From positions 1 through 18,507 of IMG/VR virus record IMGVR_UViG_2778261154_000007: a DNA stretch of 18,507 nt. One strand, written 5' to 3'. The stretch's first letter is position 1. Every line of letters starts with the position of its first letter. The position numbers were made by a program, and so were the translations under genes. Under the pieces are notes generated by a model that was given only the letters and a program-made list of their open reading frames with translations, was not told the DNA's origin and ran no database searches. Positions 9,642-17,331 of the stretch are shown in pieces. This DNA comes from a virus. Lineage: Duplodnaviria; Heunggongvirae; Uroviricota; Caudoviricetes.

Positions 9642-10172
9642 TTAGCCACGGTTAACCTCCTGCGGCGGTTCTGGTAGCTGCATCCAGTGGGTTACCTCTT
9701 TGAGATACAGGTCTTCGCCATCACCGTCATCCCAAGTGGGATTGCCATCATTAAACCAGTCGCCATATACGCCGACCTGAGTGTTGGGGATGTTTGGTGG
9801 GTAGTTGTTTTTAAAGTCAGCTGCTAACACATAGCATTGTCGCTCTCCCATTTCTGGCATTCGCTCACTACAGCTTATCCAGGCATCCGGAGTTACCGGC
9901 ACTGGCTGGGCGGTATAAAGCGGTGTTATATCTGCCCGAAAATTACATGCTTTATGCAGCCGCACCCACCGTTCGACTTCTGCTTTGTCAGAATACATAC
10001 CAGTGAACGTGTTATATTCACGGTCAATTTGCGTGAAGGTTACCTTCCACGCCACCGGCTCTGCTGTCAGCGATGCCAGAGCAATTTCATAAGCACGGCG
10101 TTCAACATTGTCTCGCACATCCAAACTGCTGATACGCTCTTTGATTTCTTTAATCAGTTCTTTGTCGTTCAC
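9642..10172 (-). CDS. DUF551-like phage protein, 176 aa (GTG start)
   Basis: C-terminal W-rich segment WISCSERMPE...VTHWMQLPEPP resembles the DUF551 domain common in lambdoid early-left regions. Confidence 0.5.
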   Translation of the reverse strand: MNDKELIKEIKERISSLDVRDNVERRAYEIALASLTAEPVAWKVTFTQIDREYNTFTGMYSDKAEVERWVRLHKACNFRADITPLYTAQPVPVTPDAWISCSERMPEMGERQCYVLAADFKNNYPPNIPNTQVGVYGDWFNDGNPTWDDGDGEDLYLKEVTHWMQLPEPPQEVNRG

Positions 10173-10252
10173 TTATGCCTCCGATTCCCGGATGTCACCC
10201 AAATCAACGCTACAATGCCAACCAGTGCAACGAGCGCAAAACTATCAAGCAT
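10169..10252 (-). CDS. Putative 27-aa hydrophobic peptide ([27 protein letters not shown])
   Basis: ATG preceded by AAGAGG; single predicted TM helix; its TGA overlaps the GTG start of the downstream gene (GTGA) and its ATG overlaps the stop of the upstream gene. Confidence 0.3.
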   Translation of the reverse strand: MLDSFALVALVGIVALIWVTSGNRRHK

Positions 10253-10748
10253 CTCCAACCTCTTTAACGGTAACTGTCTGTGCCTCCAGTTCTGCTATGC
10301 GCTTTTCTGAGGCTTCAAGTAACGCCTGCTTATCGCGTAGCGCTTCTTCCAGTTCAGCAACATGGCATTCACTATCAATAAGGTTGTTCTCTGCTGCTTC
10401 CAGCTCAACACGCAACTTCCCTACCGTTAGCGCAATTTCCTCGTTCTCCTGATCGCGGCTTTTGATGTATTGCAGGTTTCTTTCCCGTTCATCCAGTAGT
10501 GCCAGCGCAACATTTGGATTAAAAGCAGCAATAAATTCAGCGTTTGCATAAGCCTGAACATCTGTTTCAACCAGGCAGTTAACATGACATTCCGCAATCA
10601 CACCACCGGGTTCTCCTTTCCATTTTTGACAAACAAAAACTCCTGTTATATTCCCATGCTGATTGCCCGATGTATGCCCTACGATGTAGCTCCCTTTCGT
10701 TGCCTTTTCTGCCGCATCACGCAGTGCCTGGTAATTAATTTTGCTCAC
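10245..10748 (-). CDS. Ead/Ea22-like phage protein with C-terminal coiled coil
   Basis: Start placed at internal GTG 10748, preceded by AAAGGAGG at 6 nt, rather than the track GTG at 10769. Sequence [18 protein letters not shown]... resembles ead/Ea22-like family; C-terminal heptad-rich region. Confidence 0.5.
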   Translation of the reverse strand: MSKINYQALRDAAEKATKGSYIVGHTSGNQHGNITGVFVCQKWKGEPGGVIAECHVNCLVETDVQAYANAEFIAAFNPNVALALLDERERNLQYIKSRDQENEEIALTVGKLRVELEAAENNLIDSECHVAELEEALRDKQALLEASEKRIAELEAQTVTVKEVGDA

Positions 10749-10912
10749 TGTTTGCCTCCTTTGCGCCACATCGCATTCAGATATTTGTTTTGATTTACTG
10801 ACGGAAAAGAATTTCTCTTAAGCAATTCCTCTCTCGATGGCATTGGCTTTACGCGTTGGCGAATAATCATTTCTGCCGGAAGAATGCCGGGATTGTATGC
10901 AAGTCCTCTCAT
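10745..10912 (-). CDS. Putative 55-aa small ORF, translationally coupled at both ends
   Basis: ATG overlaps the upstream stop (ATGA) and its TGA overlaps the downstream GTG start (GTGA); the Ea22-like RBS AGGAGG lies inside it. Confidence 0.3.
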   Translation of the reverse strand: MRGLAYNPGILPAEMIIRQRVKPMPSREELLKRNSFPSVNQNKYLNAMWRKGGKQ

Positions 10913-11199
10913 GATTTACTCTCCACGAACTGGTCAACGGCCATGCTAAGTGACACACCTAAAGTCTCGATATGCTGCTGAATATCCTGTAGCGTCCGCG
11001 CCTGAGATAACAGAATTTCACGGTTGCATAACTCTTTAACCAGATGCTCAAACTTGCTGTAATAACCGATACGGCTTAGTGTTTCTTTCCCTGCATTCTC
11101 ACCTTCTTTGATAATTCCTCTTTCACTAAGAATCAGGTCGTGTTTGGTTCCGGTAATAACGTATTTTCCGAGGTCGATGTTTAGCTTCATTGTTTTCAT
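10909..11199 (-). CDS. Hypothetical phage protein (96 aa)
   Basis: Start moved to ATG at 11199 ([11 protein letters not shown]...), preceded by GAGGAA at 6 nt; the longer track ORF lacks an RBS. Confidence 0.45.
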   Translation of the reverse strand: MKTMKLNIDLGKYVITGTKHDLILSERGIIKEGENAGKETLSRIGYYSKFEHLVKELCNREILLSQARTLQDIQQHIETLGVSLSMAVDQFVESKS

Positions 11200-11209
11200 T
11201 GTTAATTCC

Positions 11210-11503
11210 TCAGTCATTACTGATAGCGCCATAGCGTGAGCGGTAATTACGCAGGCGCGGGTCAATTTCAGGGAAGTGGGTATATGTGGCTTTGCGGAAT
11301 GGTCGGATTGATGTCTGGTAAATTCGCTCTCGTTCTTCTTTCTCTGCAAGCCATATACAGTGGCGAAATTCCTTTTCCTCTTTCGTTTCCTGCGGTAGCG
11401 ACATTATCCGATCGTAGTTTTTTCTGAATTTATCCAGCACCTCCGATACGGAATTGCCGGAACAGCGGCGCGGGTCATCCGCACCATACAGAGGCGCTGG
11501 CAT
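11210..11503 (-). CDS. Hypothetical phage protein (97 aa), basic
   Basis: ORF in operon context between the Sak4 module and downstream small genes; weak RBS, start uncertain. Confidence 0.4.
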   Translation of the reverse strand: MPAPLYGADDPRRCSGNSVSEVLDKFRKNYDRIMSLPQETKEEKEFRHCIWLAEKEERERIYQTSIRPFRKATYTHFPEIDPRLRNYRSRYGAISND

Positions 11504-11526
11504 AATGGGAGCCTTATTTTCAGTAA

Positions 11527-12114
11527 TCAGAAAGGAGGGTAATCGTTCTGGCTGTAACCATAATCATCTGCATGATTCTGGCTTACGTTTTTAGCGCGAT
11601 TGTCTTTATCTTTGAGGCTGGCAACCATGTTGGCGATAGTTTCTGGTTGCTTGCCTTCCGACTTTTCTTTAAGGGTTTGACCTGTTTGTGCAATAAACGG
11701 GATGCGTATTTCCATCTGGTAGCTGTCTGCGCCAGTCTTTTTGTTTGTGGTTAATACTTTCTGGAGCACTAACCCGATTTTCTTTCCATGAAATTCAGGA
11801 GCAACAAATTTACTGGCGGAAACCATATGTTGCGTTAACTGCTTAATCCCAACACACCCCATCATGGCATGAACGACGTTTGCACCAAACTTGTTTTCCG
11901 TTCCGTCATTTTTCTGAACACAAACGCTAAGATATTGGATTTTACGTCCGTCGTCGGATTCGCCAGAAAGCTCAATAAATTTTGCGCCTTTTTCTGATTG
12001 CTTTAGTTCTGCTTCAGTAATGGTAATGATATGAGCGCCAGTTTCGTTAATAAAACCACCTTGCCCTGCGGTCAGTGCTGCTTCTTCGTTATAAGTAAAA
12101 ATCACGTTGCTCAT
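11527..12114 (-). CDS. Sak4-associated phage protein (possibly DUF669-family recombination accessory protein), 195 aa
   Basis: Start overlaps the Sak4-like stop by 4 nt (translational coupling); the position and size fit the partner gene of Sak4-type modules. Confidence 0.5.
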   Translation of the reverse strand: MSNVIFTYNEEAALTAGQGGFINETGAHIITITEAELKQSEKGAKFIELSGESDDGRKIQYLSVCVQKNDGTENKFGANVVHAMMGCVGIKQLTQHMVSASKFVAPEFHGKKIGLVLQKVLTTNKKTGADSYQMEIRIPFIAQTGQTLKEKSEGKQPETIANMVASLKDKDNRAKNVSQNHADDYGYSQNDYPPF

Positions 12115-12791
12115 GCGGCGTTTTCCTTAATTTGATGAACATTATTGATGCCGTAGTAATCACAAACAGTGGCATCGACGAAAGAGAGATCGTTATCAAT
12201 CTCATTGGAGTCAAACATTCCCATTGGGGATTTAACAGTGTCTGCACCGTTGTTTTTCGTGGTGAAAAAGAACTGGTCATCACGGGTAAGGGTGCGAAGA
12301 ACTATAGTAAACATGCCTTCGACAGTGATTTTCTCGTCCAGCATTTTTCCTATAGTTTTCATTTTCACGCGCCCCATAGGGGTTTCTTCGGTGTGCGCAA
12401 GAAAATAGACTCTCAGGTCATCTGGCGCATCCTGTGCAGCCTTAATCACCTCCCATGCGTGGCGGCCTATCTCAGTAAATTTATCAAACGATTTTTCTTC
12501 TGAGCGGCGCATAAACTCATTGCTCATCACATACTGGAAGTCATCAACAATAACGATTCTTTTCCCGTATTCGTGAGCACGCTTAATTACGGCAACTATT
12601 ACGTCCCATTTATCAGTGGTAACTACGGTTCCTTTTTTTGCTCTGGCATCCCATGCCAGCCAGTCTTTTGATTTAAATGGCAGCGGCTTGCCTATTGGTT
12701 TTATAAGTATTGCTTCCTCTGGATTGATATTTCTCATGCTGGTTGATTTTCCGGTGCCAGACTCACCGAGTATTAATGTCGCAGTTCCCAT
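12111..12791 (-). CDS. Sak4-like RecA-fold P-loop ATPase (phage single-strand annealing/recombination protein), 226 aa
   Basis: N-terminal Walker A GESGTGKS and Walker B-like hhhhDD (RIVIVDD); size and position in the early-left operon where lambda carries exo/bet. Confidence 0.7.
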   Translation of the reverse strand: MGTATLILGESGTGKSTSMRNINPEEAILIKPIGKPLPFKSKDWLAWDARAKKGTVVTTDKWDVIVAVIKRAHEYGKRIVIVDDFQYVMSNEFMRRSEEKSFDKFTEIGRHAWEVIKAAQDAPDDLRVYFLAHTEETPMGRVKMKTIGKMLDEKITVEGMFTIVLRTLTRDDQFFFTTKNNGADTVKSPMGMFDSNEIDNDLSFVDATVCDYYGINNVHQIKENAA

Positions 12792-12799
12792 AATTTGCC

Positions 12800-12988
12800 T
12801 CAGAATGGTAATTCGGATGGGGAGGAAAGAAACTCGCGCTCATTCATGCGCTCTCTTTGTGCCTGCCATAAACAAAGTTGTTTCTTTGATTTATCTCCCG
12901 CTTTACGCCAGTAACGAGCCTCAGCAATGTGATATTCTCTTTTTAATCGACTTAACTCTGGAGTTTTCGCCAGCTCTACCGGAATCAT
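12800..12988 (-). CDS. Hypothetical small phage protein (62 aa)
   Basis: Start set to second ATG (MIPVELAK...), which is preceded by GGAGG at 5 nt; overlaps the end of the kil-like ORF. Confidence 0.35.
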   Translation of the reverse strand: MIPVELAKTPELSRLKREYHIAEARYWRKAGDKSKKQLCLWQAQRERMNEREFLSSPSELPF

Positions 12989-13098
12989 TTTGACCTCCAT
13001 TTTTTATAGGCTTCGACGGCTTCACGAAACATCTTTTCATCGCCAATAAAAGTGGCGATAGTGAATTTAGTCTGGATAGCCATAAGTGTTTTATCCAT
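12985..13098 (-). CDS. kil: Kil-like small protein (37 aa) at the kil position downstream of cIII
   Basis: ATG overlaps the cIII stop region; translation MDKTLMAIQTKFTIATFIGDEKMFREAVEAYKKWRSK; position and overlap as for lambda kil. Not in the track as a separate ORF (below 60 aa). Confidence 0.45.
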   Translation of the reverse strand: MDKTLMAIQTKFTIATFIGDEKMFREAVEAYKKWRSK

Positions 13099-13231
13099 TT
13101 TTGGGAACTCCTGGCTGATTAAGTACGTCGATGAGTCGTTTCCATCCGTCACGTAATTTACGGGTGATTCGTTCAAGTAAAGATTCGGAAGGGCAGCCAG
13201 CAACAGGCCACCCTGCAATGGCATATTGCAT
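13091..13231 (-). CDS. cIII: cIII (FtsH inhibitor / CII stabiliser), 46 aa
   Basis: Manual translation of the minus strand: MQYAIAGWPVAGCPSESLLERITRKLRDGWKRLIDVLNQPGVPKNG, matching lambda CIII through its conserved central helix; RBS AGGAG upstream. Not in the track (below 60 aa). Confidence 0.8.
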   Translation of the reverse strand: MQYAIAGWPVAGCPSESLLERITRKLRDGWKRLIDVLNQPGVPKNG

Positions 13232-13264
13232 GGTGTGCTCCTTATTTACGCTTTAAATTGCTCC

Positions 13265-13292
13265 GTGTATTCACTCGTTGGAATGAATACAC
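13265..13292 (-). promoter_or_regulatory. 9-bp stem hairpin (GTGTATTCA-N10-TGAATACAC) in the leader upstream of cIII
   Basis: Read directly; no T-tract follows on either strand, so not an intrinsic terminator. Lies between the 207-aa gene stop and the cIII RBS. Confidence 0.35.
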
Positions 13293-13336
13293 AGTGCAGT
13301 GTTTATTCTGTTGTTTATGCCAAAAATAAAGACCAA

Positions 13337-13960
13337 CTATGCGGCCTCGGAAGGAAGTCCAATCATCTTATTCAAATCTTCTACCCGTAAAGCAGGAAGT
13401 GCTGTACTTGCTTTATCTGCTTCTTTTGGTAGCAATTCTTTGCTTTCAGGCCAAACTTCAATAAGTCGCTTAACTGTTGTGACTGAGTTCAAAGCAGCCC
13501 ATACATTTGATTCGATATCCTTTTTCCTGGCTTTAAGTTTTTGTTGCAATGCGCAGATTTCATCAAACCTTTTTGTTATTTCGTGTTCTGCGCTAAACAT
13601 GCATTTATCTCTGGTCGGAGTAGGGAGCAATATATCTTCGCCGTTGCCGTCTTTCCCATATGAATACCATCCAACCCTTCTGCCAGATACAGTCAGATAA
13701 ATTGAAGTAGAACGAACATCGCATGAGTAAAATGAACATCCCATCTTTTCAAGTTCTTCACTTATAGCTACCAACTTGGATGATAACTGATCCACTTCCT
13801 CAGTTTTCTTCTTCCCGCCAAACGCAACAACTCTGGCGTCAAGTGCAAGCTGGTTCTTTAGCTTTGTTACTTCTTCAAGTTCAGTGAACACCCCGGACTT
13901 AATTAAAGCGTTGCGTGCTATTACTTCTTTTATTCTCGTTGTTAAGCGGATTGATGACAT
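13337..13960 (-). CDS. Hypothetical protein of unknown function (207 aa) in the N-cIII accessory slot
   Basis: Start moved to ATG 13960 (MSSIRLTT...), preceded by GAGG; no TM segments, predicted helical/coiled regions; no motif I recognise. Confidence 0.55.
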   Translation of the reverse strand: MSSIRLTTRIKEVIARNALIKSGVFTELEEVTKLKNQLALDARVVAFGGKKKTEEVDQLSSKLVAISEELEKMGCSFYSCDVRSTSIYLTVSGRRVGWYSYGKDGNGEDILLPTPTRDKCMFSAEHEITKRFDEICALQQKLKARKKDIESNVWAALNSVTTVKRLIEVWPESKELLPKEADKASTALPALRVEDLNKMIGLPSEAA

Positions 13961-13971
13961 ATTAATTCCTC

Positions 13972-14298
13972 TCAAATAAGTGGTTTGCTGCCTGATTTCA
14001 TTTTCTGGCGACCAACACAAGTCACACCCATTTCACTGCGTGGCTTGCTGTACCATGTGCGCTGATTCTTGCGCTCAATACGTTGCAGGTTGCTTTCAAT
14101 CTGTTCGTGGTATTCAGCCAGCACCGTAAGGTCTATCGGATTCAGTGCGCTTTCTACTCGTGATTTCGGTTTGCGATTCAGCGAGAGAATAGGGCGGTTA
14201 ACTGGTTTTGCGCTTACCCCAACCAACAGGGGATTTGCTGCTTTCCATTTAGCCTGTTTCTCTGCGCGACGTTCGCGGCGGCGTGTTTGTACATCCAT
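13972..14298 (-). CDS. N: Antitermination protein N (108 aa) with arginine-rich motif
   Basis: Translation from ATG 14298 (RBS AGGAG): MDVQTRRRERRAEKQAKWKAANPLLVGVSAKPVNRPILSLNRKPKSRVESALNPIDLTVLAEYHEQIESNLQRIERKNQRTWYSKP... matches lambda N; the track ORF extends spuriously upstream. Confidence 0.9.
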   Translation of the reverse strand: MDVQTRRRERRAEKQAKWKAANPLLVGVSAKPVNRPILSLNRKPKSRVESALNPIDLTVLAEYHEQIESNLQRIERKNQRTWYSKPRSEMGVTCVGRQKMKSGSKPLI

Positions 14299-14455
14299 CT
14301 GGATTCTCCTGTCAGTTAGCTTTGGTTGTGTGTGGGAGTCGTAGTCCTGAACGAAAACACCCCGCAATGGCACATTGGCAGCTAATCCGGATTCGCACTT
14401 CCGGCCAATGCTTCGTTTCGTATCACACACACCAAAGCCTTCTGCTTTGAATGCT

Positions 14456-14485
14456 GCCCTTCTTCAGGGCTTAATTTTTAAGAGC
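14456..14485 (-). promoter_or_regulatory. nutL (boxB GCCCTGAAGAAGGGC; boxA-like TGCTCTTA)
   Basis: Minus-strand sequence gctcttaaaaattaagccctgaagaagggc; boxB is a perfect hairpin identical to lambda nutL boxB. Confidence 0.8.
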
Positions 14486-14518
14486 ATCACCTTTATGGTG
14501 GTCAGTGCGTCCTGTTGA

Positions 14519-14590
14519 TGTGCTTAGCATCACCGCCAGTGGTATTTATGTCAACACCGCCAGAGATAATTTATCACCGCAGATGGTTAT
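14519..14590 (-). promoter_or_regulatory. pL promoter with oL1-oL2-oL3 operators (lambda immunity specificity)
   Basis: Three 17-bp sites: cATCACCGCCAGTGGTA (14528-14544), CAACACCGCCAGAGATA (14552-14568), TATCACCGCAGATGGTT (14572-14588); -35 TTGACA and -10 GATGCT on the minus strand with 17-bp spacing. Confidence 0.8.
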
Positions 14591-14737
14591 CTGTATGTTT
14601 TTTATATAGATTTATTTTTTGCCGGGGTGTGTTGCTGGGGTTGGTGATCGAGAGATCAGAATTGCACTGTTTAGTGAGTTGTATCTATTAATTTTAAAAT
14701 AAATACAATTGGTTATGTATTTTTTTGGGGGCGTGAG

Positions 14738-14765
14738 GCAAAGAAAACCCGGCGCTGAGGCCGGG
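14738..14765 (-). terminator. Candidate intrinsic terminator downstream of the rexB-like gene (tIMM-like)
   Basis: Hairpin CCCGGC-GCTGAG-GCCGGG (14748-14765) followed on the minus strand by GTTTTCTTTG. Confidence 0.5.
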
Positions 14766-14768
14766 TTG

Positions 14769-15206
14769 CTATTTGTTTGAGAATTTTAGAAGTTGAAAAA
14801 GTATGATGCTTATATGCATCATTGATGAAGCTGACAGGCCGATCGATAAGGATGGCAACAAGGCAATTGGTTGCTTACTGGTGGCCATTAAAAACAAACC
14901 CATAAAAAAAACAATGCCAAGTTCCGCAAAGGTCAGTGCATACAGAATGATGACAGATGTCATATATCCGTAAGCCTTTACTTTTTGCATGTTTTTTCCT
15001 CTGATGCCGATGACGAATGTCAACGCGGCAATGAGTATTGCGATAGTAGTCCCTGCATATGAAGATATAGCTGCGCCCAGCGCGTCTCTGTGCTCGGTGA
15101 ACGAAATTGATGAGGCAACGCTACGGAAAATGCAGTAGACGACAATAGTTAAAAGTATTGGTAAAACGAATAGCAATACGCCGGGAACGATCCTGTGCTC
15201 TCTCAT
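14769..15206 (-). CDS. rexB: RexB-like integral membrane protein (145 aa, four predicted TM helices)
   Basis: Occupies the rexB position (between pL/oL and rexA, same strand as cI). Four hydrophobic segments (LLFVLPILLTIVVYCIF; TTIAILIAALTFVIGI; YMTSVIILYALTFAELGIVFFMGLFLMA; LSIGLSASSMMHISIILFQLL). Size is close to lambda RexB (about 144 aa). Confidence 0.6.
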   Translation of the reverse strand: MREHRIVPGVLLFVLPILLTIVVYCIFRSVASSISFTEHRDALGAAISSYAGTTIAILIAALTFVIGIRGKNMQKVKAYGYMTSVIILYALTFAELGIVFFMGLFLMATSKQPIALLPSLSIGLSASSMMHISIILFQLLKFSNK

Positions 15207-15236
15207 GCTTCCTCCATCACCCTTAGGTATTCACTC

Positions 15237-16067
15237 TTACTCGTCTTCACAAAAATCTTTATAACTTTTCGTTATGACATTTTTCATTCTTATATAGCAA
15301 ATTTCCATTTCCTCGGCAATTTCTTCATTTGTCGATTTGTAAATGTTGGCGCTGATATGCCCCTTGCTTGAAAGGTAGTAGTCAGTTAACAAATCAGCTG
15401 CGTACTCCTTTGCTTTAAGGTGTATGTCGCTATGAGAATCATCGGCATTACGAATCAGTTCCTTTGACATGTTGCTAATATTTCTCATTCTTTTGGGTTT
15501 TATTGTTATTTCTATACCTTCAAGAAGCTCTTCTTCGATAGTTTCTATCCCGGCGGCCCTCAGTAGAGGAGAAAAAAGCTTGGAGCCAGACTCAACTCTT
15601 AAGGTTGTTCTACCGATGAACTCCATGTCGAGAGCATCATCTCTGGTTACGTCTCTCATCAGAGGTTCTAAACATAGTTTGAATGGATTTGTTATGTTCA
15701 ATTTATTAGATAAGTAAATTTCAAGCTCACGAATTCTTGGCCCGTGTTGAGTGCAGGCGTAACCAACGATGCCATCCTTGATCAACAGGAATGATGGAAA
15801 TGCTAGCGTTTCGTCACTACCTAATACGTTTTTAATTTCATCGACTGATAGTGTGGTTTTATTGACCCTTTTAACCAAGTCTGAGTCGTATGTTTTTGTT
15901 ATTAAATAACATTCTCTGCTGATGTGATGAGCGAATATAAAGTAATCATCAATCTCTAAGGCATTATTTTTTGCTTTGATTACCTGTTCGGATAAGCCTG
16001 ACACCAAATCAATAGGGAAACGTTCCTTACCGTTTTGTTGATAGAAAGCGTAAAAATTAAGTTTCAT
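15237..16067 (-). CDS. rexA: RexA-like soluble protein (276 aa), partner of the membrane protein
   Basis: Occupies the rexA position immediately downstream of cI on the same strand. Size is close to lambda RexA (about 279 aa); conserved-looking blocks FPSFLL, LEPLMRDVTRDD, FIGRTTLRVE, YYLSSKGH, EEIAEEMEICYIRMK. Appears much more divergent from lambda than the flanking cI and N. Confidence 0.6.
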   Translation of the reverse strand: MKLNFYAFYQQNGKERFPIDLVSGLSEQVIKAKNNALEIDDYFIFAHHISRECYLITKTYDSDLVKRVNKTTLSVDEIKNVLGSDETLAFPSFLLIKDGIVGYACTQHGPRIRELEIYLSNKLNITNPFKLCLEPLMRDVTRDDALDMEFIGRTTLRVESGSKLFSPLLRAAGIETIEEELLEGIEITIKPKRMRNISNMSKELIRNADDSHSDIHLKAKEYAADLLTDYYLSSKGHISANIYKSTNEEIAEEMEICYIRMKNVITKSYKDFCEDE

Positions 16068-16198
16068 ATATCAATCCGTTATATCTGGCGTAAGTCATCA
16101 TATCGTTAAAGTACATAAAATTTCTTTTTGCGTTGATGTAATGAATGGCAGCTTGAAAACCTGCTGGTAATCCTACGCCCGGAGCACTTTTCCATCCA

Positions 16199-16915
<717 letters not shown>

Positions 16916-16919
16916 TTAA

Positions 16920-17000
16920 ATCTATCACCGCAAGGGATAAATATCTAACACCGTGCGTGTTGACCATTTTACCTCTAGCGGTGATAATGGTTGCATGTAC
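16920..17000. promoter_or_regulatory. oR3-oR2-oR1 operators with divergent pRM and pR promoters
   Basis: TATCACCGCAAGGGATA (oR3, 16923-16939), TAACACCGTGCGTGTTG (oR2, 16946-16962), TACCTCTAGCGGTGATA (oR1, 16970-16986); pR -35 TTGACC and -10 GATAAT; cro RBS TAAGGAGG. Confidence 0.85.
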
Positions 17001-17003
17001 TAA

Positions 17004-17213
<210 letters not shown>

Positions 17214-17224
17214 ATAACCCCGCT

Positions 17225-17300
17225 CTTACACATTCCAGCCCTGAAAAAGGGCATCAAATTAAACCACACCTATGGTGTATGTATTTATTTGCATGCATTC
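17225..17300 (+). promoter_or_regulatory. nutR (boxA CGCTCTTAC, boxB GCCCTGAAAAAGGGC) followed by the tR1 region
   Basis: ccccgctcttacacattccagccctgaaaaagggc read directly; boxB is a perfect hairpin. Confidence 0.75.
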
Positions 17301-17331
17301 AATCAATTGTTATCTAAGGAAATACTTACAT

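Noticed and set aside
12985-13224. 79-aa track ORF overlapping cIII
   Set aside because: Its 5' part is out of frame with the clearly recognisable cIII reading frame (13091-13231); only its 3' 37 codons, from ATG 13098, are plausible as the kil-like gene.
13337-14020. 227-aa track ORF start at 14020
   Set aside because: That start lies inside the N coding region without an RBS; the ATG at 13960 with GAGG upstream gives a 207-aa protein beginning just after the N stop.
13972-14430. 152-aa track ORF extending N upstream to 14430
   Set aside because: The N-terminal extension has no RBS and runs into nutL; the ATG at 14298 has an AGGAG RBS and yields the canonical ~107-aa N protein.
17272-17331. 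Upstream extension of cII (track start at 17272) and the overlapping 120-aa plus-strand ORF 17339-17701
   Set aside because: The extension lies in the nutR/tR1 region with no RBS; the ATG at 17332 follows TAAGGA. The 120-aa ORF is an alternative frame across cII with no start signals.
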